A DNA stretch of 64,000 nucleotides from an uncultured Gemmatimonadaceae bacterium (GTDB lineage Bacteria > Gemmatimonadota > Gemmatimonadetes > Gemmatimonadales > Gemmatimonadaceae). A program made the position numbers and the translations under genes. Below, piece by piece: positions 55,320 through 64,000 of the stretch (its first letter is position 1; every line of letters starts with the position of its first letter). The notes beneath the pieces were generated by a model, which worked only from the letters and a program-made list of their open reading frames with translations, had not been told where the DNA came from and did no database searches. The stretch lies in NCBI GenBank assembly GCA_963716745.1, contig OY970320.1:96001-160000 (forward strand). The letters are read 5' to 3'.

Positions 55320-56075
55320 TTACCGACCGAGTACGGCGATAGCCGCCAGGAGAGGCGCCTGCGAGATCTGGATGAATCCGGCGAATGGGGAGTACATCTC
55401 CAGGATCAGCAGCAGCGCACCCGCCACGCTTAGTGCGGAAACGAAGAAGCTGCCGACGACCGTGAAATTGCGCGGCGCGAACAGTCCGAAGCTGATGAAA
55501 ATGAGTGTGAGCCACACGATGAGCATGACGACGAGCGGCATTGATACTCCCGTCACGCTCTGCTCGTACATCAGAAACCGCGTGCGACCCACGTCGAGCA
55601 TGATGCCGGACGCCTGCGACTTCAGTGTCCGCTGGGTGTCATCCTTCGGTTGCAGCGCCTCGATCTGGTCGAAGAGCTCATCGCCCTTGCTCGAGGGCGC
55701 GCTGTTCGCCGACGCCTTCGCGCCCCGGGGGGCCCAGAGGCGCTGCCGGAACGTCTCCGCCGCGTCGCGCAGCGTTGCGCGCGCCGGCCCGCTCTCCGGG
55801 CCGTAGTGCACGAGCACGCGATCGAGCAGAACCATGTTCGCCGAGATCTGCGTGAGCTCGTTCCCTTGGGTGTCGTACGAGCTTTTGGCCGATGCGACCA
55901 GCAGGCCGAGCACGAGTGCGACCATCGTGCCGACGAACCCCATCCCGACTTTGATCGAATCGCGCGAGTCGCTCTGCAGATGATCGCCCGGCAGCGCTGC
56001 GCGCACGAACATGCCGGCCACTGCACCGCCGAAGATGCAGGCGAACATCGCGAGGCTGATCTCGACGGGACCCAT
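55320..56075 (-). CDS. DUF4239-like membrane protein
   Basis: VALVLGLLVASAKSSYD, LDRVL..YGPE, LILEMYSPF.G.I.IS. Confidence 0.8.
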   Translation of the reverse strand: MGPVEISLAMFACIFGGAVAGMFVRAALPGDHLQSDSRDSIKVGMGFVGTMVALVLGLLVASAKSSYDTQGNELTQISANMVLLDRVLVHYGPESGPARATLRDAAETFRQRLWAPRGAKASANSAPSSKGDELFDQIEALQPKDDTQRTLKSQASGIMLDVGRTRFLMYEQSVTGVSMPLVVMLIVWLTLIFISFGLFAPRNFTVVGSFFVSALSVAGALLLILEMYSPFAGFIQISQAPLLAAIAVLGR

Positions 56076-56196
56076 TGCGTTCCTCTCGCGTGAGGTGTGC
56101 GACGACAGCAATCATACGTCATGATGGGGGCGGTCACCACCCGCGACCTCGGCGAACTGGTCGAAACCTCGCGTCCGGAGTTATCGTTCCCATATC

Positions 56197-56688
56197 GTGA
56201 CCAATCCTCCATCGCACGTGCCGGCCGCGCTCGCGGGACCGGTGATGATCCCCGACGATTACATCCCGGAGCGCTCGGGCGTCACGTCAGTCATGTCCAG
56301 CGTCGGCCGCAGCGGCGAGTGGGTACTGCCGCGGCTGTTCCGCGTCGTGGCGGTGATGGGCGAGGCGGTGCTGGACCTGTCCCACGTGCAATTGGGCGCG
56401 GGCGCGTCGGACATCGAGGTCGTGGCGGTCATGGGGCAGGTGACGATCCTCGTGCCGCACAATCTGCGCGTGCAGGTCGAGGGCCACCCGGTGATGGGCG
56501 AGTTCAAGCTCAAGTCCAAGGTGCCGTCGGCGGCGCTGGTCGATGCGCCGATGATCCGCGTGCGCGGCACCGCGTTCATGTCGGGCGTGATCGTGAAGGT
56601 GGTGGACCCTCTCGCGCTGGGTTGGCGCGACCGGATGCGCCAACGCAAGCTCGCGCGGTTGGCCGAGGACGGAGAACTGGACGTCTAG
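56197..56688 (+). CDS. LiaF/DUF2154-like envelope-stress protein
   Basis: RSGEWVLP, MGEAVLDL, MGQVTILVP, IRVRG.AFM.GV. Confidence 0.75.
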   Translation: MTNPPSHVPAALAGPVMIPDDYIPERSGVTSVMSSVGRSGEWVLPRLFRVVAVMGEAVLDLSHVQLGAGASDIEVVAVMGQVTILVPHNLRVQVEGHPVMGEFKLKSKVPSAALVDAPMIRVRGTAFMSGVIVKVVDPLALGWRDRMRQRKLARLAEDGELDV

Positions 56689-57920
56689 CTGCGCGGCCGT
56701 TCGGCGCTGCGCAGCCCTGCGATCGCCATCGCGCCGATGCCCGTGACTGCCACGAGCATTGCGATCCAGAGCACCGCGGCGTGACGCTCGGTCCACGGGC
56801 GCTCGTCGCCGCGTCCCGTGTAGGCCGCGTTCGCCGACGGCGGGCCCAGTGAAGCGAGCGCCGCACCCGTGTCCTCGTGGAAGAAGTTCGCGAAGTCGTA
56901 GCGCGGCAGCATCAATCGCGCGTCTCCATAGTAGAGCTTGACGCCGGCGCGCGCGGGCGGATCGAAGTACACTCGGCGCTGCAAGACTTGCGGCTGCGCG
57001 TGCGCGATCAGGAGTGGGGGGTCGTCGCCGTTGTCGATCGTGAGGGTGAGGCGCCCGGTCGAGTCGTTCGTGGCGCTCACCGCCAATTGCTCGGAGATCG
57101 CGGTCTGGCCGCCGCGCGTCATGCGCACGCGGGTGATCGCGGCCGCGCCGAGTGCCGCGCCGCTGTCCATGCCGATGGTCACCAGGCGCCGGAAGTTCAC
57201 CTGCGGCAGCGGCACCGTGAACAGCACGCGGTCGACCGGCGCCCGAATCGGAACCACGCACTTGATGATCGACGTCCGCCCACGGCGCTCCGGCGCGCCG
57301 CACTCTCCCGCGTCGGTCCACTTGGCGTCGCGCTCCTGCACCAGCGACACGGTCGCGCCGCGAACCTGGTCGGGCCGGATCCCGGGCGTGAGCCGCACGT
57401 GCACGTACCGGAACGTCCATGGGGGCACGGCGATCGTGAAATTGTCGCCGAGATGCTCGCGCGAGAAGTCGAACAGCGTGGACGGCGCCGGCCACGTCGC
57501 GCCCGCCGCCCGCGCGCCCGGCGCATCGCCCGCGGTGGCGTACGCCGAGGCGGCGAAGTCCTTCGCCGAGAGCAAGAGCGTGATGCGATTGTACTCGGGG
57601 ACTTTGGCGAGATCGAGATCGAACTCCGTGTGATCGCCGCGGCTCGACACGTTGAGCACTTTCACCGGCGATTCCACCTGCAGGGCGCCGCCGCGCGCTT
57701 CCACGAGCGCGTACGGCACCTGATCCTCACCGTTGTACAGCCGCACGTCGGCAAGATCGGGGCGGGCGTTCGCCCACATGTCGGCGTCCACGATCAGGTA
57801 ATTCTGCACGTCGGGCGTGGCGATGACCACGTCGCGCATGCGCGTGAAGAAGGCGATCTTCGGCTCGGGATCGAGCGCCGCGATCGTCGCGAAGAGCAGC
57901 AACCAAATGGCTCGTCTCAC
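56685..57920 (-). CDS. DUF3999-like exported protein with C-terminal TM
   Basis: Signal peptide; DLADVRL, IDNGDDPPL, LYYGD...PRYD; follows DUF2339 gene. Confidence 0.75.
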   Translation of the reverse strand: MRRAIWLLLFATIAALDPEPKIAFFTRMRDVVIATPDVQNYLIVDADMWANARPDLADVRLYNGEDQVPYALVEARGGALQVESPVKVLNVSSRGDHTEFDLDLAKVPEYNRITLLLSAKDFAASAYATAGDAPGARAAGATWPAPSTLFDFSREHLGDNFTIAVPPWTFRYVHVRLTPGIRPDQVRGATVSLVQERDAKWTDAGECGAPERRGRTSIIKCVVPIRAPVDRVLFTVPLPQVNFRRLVTIGMDSGAALGAAAITRVRMTRGGQTAISEQLAVSATNDSTGRLTLTIDNGDDPPLLIAHAQPQVLQRRVYFDPPARAGVKLYYGDARLMLPRYDFANFFHEDTGAALASLGPPSANAAYTGRGDERPWTERHAAVLWIAMLVAVTGIGAMAIAGLRSAERPRS

Positions 57921-57929
57921 GGATGGGCC

Positions 57930-59803
57930 TCACTCTCGTCGTGCGGCATCTCGGATCCAGCCGCGCTGGTACATGAACGAGACGCCGAGCAGCAGCGCGC
58001 CGAGCACGATGAAGCTCACGACGCGGTAGCCGCGGTCCAGCTCGGAGATGTCGAAGGCGAACACCTTCACGATGGTGATGGCGATAAGGATGAGCGCCAT
58101 CCAGCGGAGATCGGCGTTGCGCTTCATGAACCCGGCGGTCATGAGGCCGGCGCCGTACAGCATCCAGAGTCCGGAATACGTGAAGCCTTCTTGCATGCGC
58201 AGGCTCGCGTCGAACGTGGCGTGCGACCGCTCGAACGCGAAGTGATCGCTCACCTCTCGCGACAGGGCGAGGATCGCGAGGAAATTCATGACCACCACGG
58301 CGAGGCGCGCGCCGTTGCGGCTGTTGTCGTCGCTGCGCCGCGCGCCGTAGTGCGCGAACACGGCGAGGATCGCGATCACCACGGCGTTCGCAGCAAGGCG
58401 CGCATTGAGGAACTGCGTCTCCATGCGGACGTCGTCCACGGCGATCAGCCGGCCCACGCTGAGCGCGAGCGCCGCCGCACCGAGGCCGGCAATGAGATCG
58501 GAGCGCATCCGCGTGCCCACCCCGAGCAGGACGGCCGCTTCCACTGCCCAGCCAATGGTGATCCAGTGGCCGTCGAGCCGGATCGGGATCGCGATGGTCA
58601 CGAAGCCCACCGCGAGCGCGAGATGCACCATTGGCAGCTGGGCGCGCACGGGCGCGCTCGCGCGCGATGCGGCGGGCGTGCGTGAGAGCGCGACGTAGAA
58701 TGCCGCGAGCGCGAGCGCGACCCACGCGGCGGCCTGCGGGTATGGCTCCTGGAGCATCACGTAGATCTGCGCGAAATAGAGGATCGCGCTGCCGAGCGTG
58801 AGCAGCACCGGGAACGCCGGCAGGTCCGTCTGGTCGTCGCCCGGCGCACGTGCCAGGATCGGCGCCGCCGCGAACACCAGGAAGAAGACCGTCGCGAACG
58901 CCGCCGTCGGCAGGATCTGTGTGACGTCGTAGAACTCCGAGTACCAGCCCGTATAGAAGAAGAGTGTTCCGATGAAGCTGAGCGCGAGCAGCCGGCGCCA
59001 GGGGCGCTGCGCCGCGAGCACCACGCTCGCGATGTCGAGCAGCATTACGTAGGAGAAGAGCTGCAGCTCTCGGTTCTCTCCGGTGGAGAGAAGCAACGGC
59101 GTGGCGAAGCCACCAACCAACGCGAGGGCCGCCAGGATCTCCTCGTTCTGCGCGAGCGCCATCGCGATGCCGGAGCCCGTCACGATCATCATCGCGACCG
59201 ACGCGGCCGATCCCGGGATGAGATGGTAGAGCTGGAACGCGGCCCAGAGCGACAGGTAGAGCGTGCCGATGCCCACGGCTTTGAGCGCGATCGAGAAGTA
59301 CTGGTAGCCCCGCGTGCGGAAGCGCTCGCTCCACACCAGCACCGCGATCCCCGCGAGCAGGCCAATGGCGATGCGGCCCGCCGGCCCGATCCATCCGTTC
59401 GTGAACACGAGCTTGAGGAAATAGGCCACGCCCACGAGCATGGCCGCAATGCCGATGCGATTCAGCCAGTGCGCGCCGATCCGGGATTCCATCTGCGAAG
59501 TCTCGCGCGCGAAGCGGGCGACGCTCGGCGGCATCGCAGCGGGTGCAACGGGCGCAGCGGGCGCAGCGGGTGCAGCGGGCTGCAGCGGGTGCAGCGGACG
59601 CGGTCCCGCCGGCGGCGCGCGAGCGGCGCACCGCCTCCTCCCACATCTCGCCCGGGGTGGGCCCCAATGTAGTAGTCGCGGCTGGGGGCGCCGCGGCCGT
59701 GCTGCTTCTATTTGCTAGTGATCGTTCGAGGCGATCCAACCGGTCGGCCAAAGCGCGCAACGCCGCGCGGATCTCTTTGATCTCAGAATGGTGCGTCGGC
59801 CAC
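57930..59803 (-). CDS. DUF2339-family polytopic membrane protein; frameshifts near 59790 and 59585
   Basis: GGAGGAG RBS + GTG 59803; ESRIGAHWLNRIG, GGFATPLLLSTG, KVF.FD...RVVSFI.LG. Confidence 0.85.
59537..59600. repeat. 9-bp tandem repeat (GCAGCGGGY) encoding a Pro-Ala-Ala linker
   Basis: gcagcgggt gcaacgggc gcagcgggc gcagcgggt gcagcgggc ... Confidence 0.75.
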
Positions 59804-59914
59804 GAACTCCTCCCGGCAGTGGGTGGTCGCACATTTCGATTGTATCGCCCGAAGCCTGGGCGCGCTAGCTTAGCGGAGCCGATCCGCTGGCCCACCTCTT
59901 GCTATCGAGTCGCC

Positions 59915-60355
59915 ATGAACAAACGTCCATTCCTCGCCGCTCTCGCCCTGCTCGCCGCGTGCATGTCGCACCCCACCGCCACGTACGTGAAGTCGCCCGG
60001 GCCTGCCGCGCGCCCGTTCTCCGCCGCGGTCATCGTGAACGGGATGGTCTACCTCTCGGGACAGATCGGCGTCGACAGCACCGGCACAAAGCCGGTGGCC
60101 GGCGGCATCGGGCCGGAGACGAAGGCCGCGATGGAGCAGATCAAGGCGCTGCTCGAGGCGAACGGCTCATCGATGAACAACGTCGTGAAATGCACGGTCA
60201 TGCTGGCCGACATCGGCGAATGGGCGCAGATGAATGCGGTGTACGTCACCTTCTTTCCCGACAACAAGCCGGCGCGCAGCGCCTTCGGCACCTCCGGCCT
60301 CGCGATCGGCGCGCGCGTGGAGATCGAGTGCGTCGGCGCGGTGATCGCGAAATGA
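59915..60355 (+). CDS. RidA/YjgF-family protein with lipoprotein signal
   Basis: Lipobox LAAC; PFS.A, YLSGQIG, MNAVY..FF, KPARS, VEIEC. Confidence 0.9.
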   Translation: MNKRPFLAALALLAACMSHPTATYVKSPGPAARPFSAAVIVNGMVYLSGQIGVDSTGTKPVAGGIGPETKAAMEQIKALLEANGSSMNNVVKCTVMLADIGEWAQMNAVYVTFFPDNKPARSAFGTSGLAIGARVEIECVGAVIAK

Positions 60356-60813
60356 ACGCCGCGCGCTCGGCCCGCGCATCGTCGATCCTGATGTGGACCG
60401 GCCACGCGGCCGCCTTCATCGGCTTCGCGCTGGGCTACAATGAGATCAATCCGGTGCGCGGATTGCGCTGGGTGGCGCTGCTCAGTGTGGGCGTGTTCGG
60501 CGTGTGCATCTTCGCGAGCGAAATGCTCCAGCGGCGAAGCGACGCCGGCATCGAGGTGGGGCTCGCGCATCTCGCGTGGGGCGCGGTCGCGATCGCGACC
60601 GTCGTGCGGCTCTCGACCGTCTCGGCGCAGGTCGCAGTGTGCGTCGTGGACGCGGCGTTCCTCGCGATGCTCGCGGTGATGCACGTCGTGGTGATGTTCA
60701 AGCCGGTGGACCGCCCGGAGCGCAGCGCGATGGTCGCGCCGATCCTGGAAGCCGTGATGTCGTCGGCGATCTTCTGGTTCGCGCTCACCGCGCTGCGCGC
60801 GACGGTGCGGTAG
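60352..60813 (+). CDS. Hypothetical membrane protein
   Basis: ATGA overlap; five hydrophobic segments. Confidence 0.6.
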   Translation: MNAARSARASSILMWTGHAAAFIGFALGYNEINPVRGLRWVALLSVGVFGVCIFASEMLQRRSDAGIEVGLAHLAWGAVAIATVVRLSTVSAQVAVCVVDAAFLAMLAVMHVVVMFKPVDRPERSAMVAPILEAVMSSAIFWFALTALRATVR

Positions 60814-60820
60814 CGCCGAG

Positions 60821-61912
60821 CTACTGCGCGAGCGGCTTCGCGAACGCGGAATCCCACGACGCCAGCGCCGGTTTCGGCTGCAAGTCGGGACTCACGAGCC
60901 CGATCGTGATGAAGAGCGGCAGGATCGACGAGGGCGGAATGTGCAGTCCCGTGGTGTCGAGGTCCGCGAACTCCAGCTGGAACACACCGATCGCGCGCGC
61001 GTTCGCGAGCAGCGTCTGCTGCCGCGTGATGTAGCGCGCCTGTTTCGCGGGGTCGCTCGTGACGCCCGTGACCGACGCGGAACTCCAGCCTCCTTCTACG
61101 ACCATCAGCGGCAGACTGTGTCCCGACGCGATCCGTGAGTAGTAGTCATCGGGAATGTCGGCGGGATCGGTGTAGCTCGCGAGATACGGGTACGACGAAA
61201 GTCCGATCGCGGCCATGAACGGAAAGTCGGTGAAGTCCTGCGCCACGCCAATGTACGTGCCCGCGCTTCCGGTCAGGCGACCCCACGCGGCATCCACCTG
61301 CAGGCTCACATACAGCGGCCTCGTCGCATCGCGCGAATGGATGTCCGCCGCCGCGTCGTTCGTCATCGTCACCACGGCAGCGTACACGTTCGCCGGCGCC
61401 GCGAGCCGAATGAGATTCGTCTCCGCCGCGAGGCCGAGATAGTCGGGACCGAGGATGCTATCGATCGCGATCGCGTACTTGCGATACATCAGCTGCACGG
61501 CCGGCTCGGTGATGCTGCGCCCCGCCGCGACCAGTTCCGGCGCCTCGGCCGTGCGGTCCAGGCCATCCGTCACGTCCAGCGTGATCCACACTTTGAAGCC
61601 CCGCGAGCGGTACAGCGCGACCTTCCACGCCTGGTCGGCGAGCACGATCGAATCGGCGTTCGCGCCCGCCAGCAGCGCCGTCCACGGTGGCGCGAGGTGC
61701 ATGATCGCGCCGTCCGCCCGCTGCATCCACATATTGAGCGTGTTCACATAACTAGCCGAATCTCCGCGCGGCGACTGGTCGTTGAACCCCATTCGATACG
61801 TGCGCGCGGCGGTCGCGTTGTTGCTCGCACTCGAGCACGCTATTCCGACTGCGGCCAGGACTGTCAACCGGCTGGCGACAGTCGACAGCCGACAGCCACG
61901 CTTCACAGGCAT
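60821..61912 (-). CDS. Glycoside hydrolase-like lipoprotein (clan GH-A TIM barrel, GH53-like)
   Basis: Lipobox GIAC; YLGLAAETN, IGLSSYP, PLMVVEGGW, PKPALASW; start uncertain. Confidence 0.65.
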   Translation of the reverse strand: MPVKRGCRLSTVASRLTVLAAVGIACSSASNNATAARTYRMGFNDQSPRGDSASYVNTLNMWMQRADGAIMHLAPPWTALLAGANADSIVLADQAWKVALYRSRGFKVWITLDVTDGLDRTAEAPELVAAGRSITEPAVQLMYRKYAIAIDSILGPDYLGLAAETNLIRLAAPANVYAAVVTMTNDAAADIHSRDATRPLYVSLQVDAAWGRLTGSAGTYIGVAQDFTDFPFMAAIGLSSYPYLASYTDPADIPDDYYSRIASGHSLPLMVVEGGWSSASVTGVTSDPAKQARYITRQQTLLANARAIGVFQLEFADLDTTGLHIPPSSILPLFITIGLVSPDLQPKPALASWDSAFAKPLAQ

Positions 61913-62850
61913 CTCCGCGTCACCAGCTCCGTCGCGTCCTTCTGCATGAGCACCAGCGAGCGCCGCAGCTTGATCGCGTTCTCGGGCGCGACGATGGAAT
62001 TCTGCGCGAGATACCGGTCCGACTTCATGATCGCGTCCGACGCGAGCAGCACGACGCTGCAATTGTGGATCTCCCACGCGGCCAGCAGCGCGTGCTCGCC
62101 GATCTGATACGTGATCAATCCCATGACGAACTTCGACTCGGGCGATGGGTGCAGACTGTCGGCGAAGGCGATGAAGCGGAGCGCGTCGATATACTCATCG
62201 GCATCGTCCGAGAGCGCGGCATGATTCAACTGTGCGATGCCCGCATCGAGCGCGATCTTCGAGGCATGCTGCTCGAACGGCGGCGGCTCGGCCACCGCCT
62301 GGAGCGCGTCGAGCAGACTGTCGGTCGCGTGCCGGCGCCGCGCGACGGAGAGGCTGTCGCGCGAGCGCTTGTGCGGTTTCAGTTCCTCGCGCGCCTTCAA
62401 CGCGTCCCACACATATCGCACGCTCCCAGCCGACGTGAACGCCGCCTGCCGCAGGTCGATCGACGACAAGCTGTCCGGTAATGCGACGAATTCCGCGCCC
62501 GGTTGTTCAGGCGGGATCGTCGCATTGCAGAGCGCGATCCCCTTGTCGCTCGGTGCGGTGCAGGGGCTGCCCGCGGGCTGGCGGGGCAATTCACCGCACC
62601 GGCCGGCGTTGGCCGCGAGACTCATCGCCATGCACGACTCGTACGCCGCCATGGCGGCGTAGTAATCGTGCCAGGCGCCAGTCACCCGCATGGCGGCAGC
62701 GGTGTAGGCGCTCGCGCTCGTGCGGAAGCGGCAGGCGGTGCAGGCGAACGTCGTGTCGCGTGAGCGCGGTTGCGGAGCCTGTGCCGCCATGGTGGAGGCG
62801 CACACAATCGTGGCCCCGGTCGCCCATGCGCGCAGCGTGCGCCAGCGCAT
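61903..62850 (-). CDS. Exported hypothetical protein with Cys-rich N-terminal region
   Basis: Signal peptide; several Cys; helical C-terminus; coupled to dedA stop. Confidence 0.5.
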   Translation of the reverse strand: MRWRTLRAWATGATIVCASTMAAQAPQPRSRDTTFACTACRFRTSASAYTAAAMRVTGAWHDYYAAMAAYESCMAMSLAANAGRCGELPRQPAGSPCTAPSDKGIALCNATIPPEQPGAEFVALPDSLSSIDLRQAAFTSAGSVRYVWDALKAREELKPHKRSRDSLSVARRRHATDSLLDALQAVAEPPPFEQHASKIALDAGIAQLNHAALSDDADEYIDALRFIAFADSLHPSPESKFVMGLITYQIGEHALLAAWEIHNCSVVLLASDAIMKSDRYLAQNSIVAPENAIKLRRSLVLMQKDATELVTRRCL

Positions 62851-63452
62851 CAGGGCGCCGTCTCCACACGCCGCCGGTGCCGCGCGTACAACAGCGCGCC
62901 GAGAAGGATCACCGCGAGCAGGATGATGAGTGATGTGCGCCCCAGCACATGCTGCAGCCATGGCAGGTTGCTGCCGAAGACGAAGCCCAGAGTGCCGTAC
63001 ACGCCGGTCCAGATGAGTGCGCCGATGGAGCTGAAGAGCATGAACTGGCCGAACGGCATGCGGCTCGCGCCCGCGAGCAATGCCACGATCATCCGCAACA
63101 GGGTGACGAATCGCCCGAGGATGGCGGTGCGCGCGCCGTGCTCCCGGAAGGTGGCCTGGGCGCGCTCGAGGCGCGCGGGTGCCACGCCGAAGCGCGACGC
63201 CCACCGGTGCAGCCGCGCATCGCTGAGCGAGGCGCCGAGCCAGTACCCGGCGGCCGCGCCGCCGATCGCGCCGGCGGCCGCCGCGATCATCACGCCGGTG
63301 AGCGTGAGCCGCCCGGTGGTCGCCGCGAGCGCCGACCCGATGATCAGCGCGGCCTCGCCGGGCAGCGGCAATCCGACCCCTTCCGCCAGGATGAGCAGCG
63401 CCACGATCGCGTATCCGAACTGTTCGATGAGATGAAGGACCGTATCGGACAT
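62850..63452 (-). CDS. DedA-family membrane protein
   Basis: [30 protein letters not shown]. Confidence 0.92.
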   Translation of the reverse strand: MSDTVLHLIEQFGYAIVALLILAEGVGLPLPGEAALIIGSALAATTGRLTLTGVMIAAAAGAIGGAAAGYWLGASLSDARLHRWASRFGVAPARLERAQATFREHGARTAILGRFVTLLRMIVALLAGASRMPFGQFMLFSSIGALIWTGVYGTLGFVFGSNLPWLQHVLGRTSLIILLAVILLGALLYARHRRRVETAP

Positions 63453-63510
63453 GCCTCTTGGCCTCGCGCCCTTTTGTCTCGGCGTCGCCCGCGGGATATA
63501 TTGCGGCGCG

Positions 63511-64000
63511 ATGCCAAACTCGACCACGACCGTTCTCGACGCCAAGGCGCTGGACCGCACCCTCCGCCGCATGGCGGACGAGATCATCGAGCTGAACGAT
63601 GGTTCGGATAATCTAGTGATCGTGGGCATCCAGCGAAGGGGCGTACAGCTCGCGGCCAGGCTCGGCGCTCTCATTGGCGAGAGCGAGAAAGCGGACGTGC
63701 CGCGCGGCTCACTCGACATCACGCTGTACCGCGACGACCTGCAGACCGTGGGGCCGCGGCCGGTCGTGGGACCCACCGATCTGCCGTGGGACCTGGAAGG
63801 GAAGTGTGTAGTCATCGTCGATGACGTGTTGTACACCGGACGCACCGTTCGAGCCGCGCTCGACGAACTCGCCGACTTCGGCCGCCCGGCGCGCATCGCG
63901 CTCGCGGTGCTCGTGGATCGCGGCGGCCGGGAACTCCCCATCCACGCCGACGTGGTGGGCAAGAAACTCACGGTGGACGCGGGCGATCGCGTGGACGTGA
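63511..64000 (+). CDS. pyrR: Pyrimidine operon regulator / uracil phosphoribosyltransferase (3' truncated)
   Basis: Read by hand (absent from ORF track): [47 protein letters not shown]. Confidence 0.95.
   Translation, partial: MPNSTTTVLDAKALDRTLRRMADEIIELNDGSDNLVIVGIQRRGVQLAARLGALIGESEKADVPRGSLDITLYRDDLQTVGPRPVVGPTDLPWDLEGKCVVIVDDVLYTGRTVRAALDELADFGRPARIALAVLVDRGGRELPIHADVVGKKLTVDAGDRVDV

Noticed and set aside
59783..59803. In-frame TGA after the DUF2339 GTG start as selenocysteine
   Set aside because: The protein continues in a different frame, so this is an indel rather than UGA recoding; no Cys-homologous position
62720..62750. CTACR in the Cys-rich protein as a heme-binding site
   Set aside because: CxxCR lacks the His ligand

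Overview
A 64-kb, very GC-rich bacterial chromosome segment; gene content and order suggest Gemmatimonadota (inference). The left ~28 kb is housekeeping: PfkB kinase, purM, ribD-ribE-ribBA-ribH-nusB, GT4, hpf, hprK, a complete mannose-class PTS (IIA-IIB-IIC-IID-HPr-EI), ahcY, a cobalamin riboswitch with btuFCD-btuB, recO-selB, clpB, tadA and two tRNA-Ser genes. The right ~36 kb is more accessory. Highlights: (1) between the two tRNA-Ser genes, a Cyc2-like fused cytochrome-porin with a monoheme cytochrome c and a two-component system (candidate extracellular electron-uptake/Fe(II)-oxidation module); (2) a compositionally distinct two-gene cassette (wHTH + degenerate NTase + antitoxin-like fusion, then a DUF6036-like nucleotidyltransferase) preceded by three phased GGTA-N6-TACY boxes over its promoter (candidate toxin-antitoxin/defence system); (3) a PQQ dehydrogenase with the lanthanide-type Asp plus a cytochrome c, facing an orphan PqqD coupled to a CsgG-like gene; (4) a dispersed palindromic repeat family built from alternating TCTAGG/TCTAGCG units; (5) a Geobacter-like type IV pilin with a sigma54-type promoter and an ECF42-like sigma/DGPF pair with a matching promoter. 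At least 13 genes carry single-base frameshifts, most likely long-read assembly errors. No CRISPR array, rRNA, integrase or transposase was seen. All family calls come from motif recognition, not database searches.
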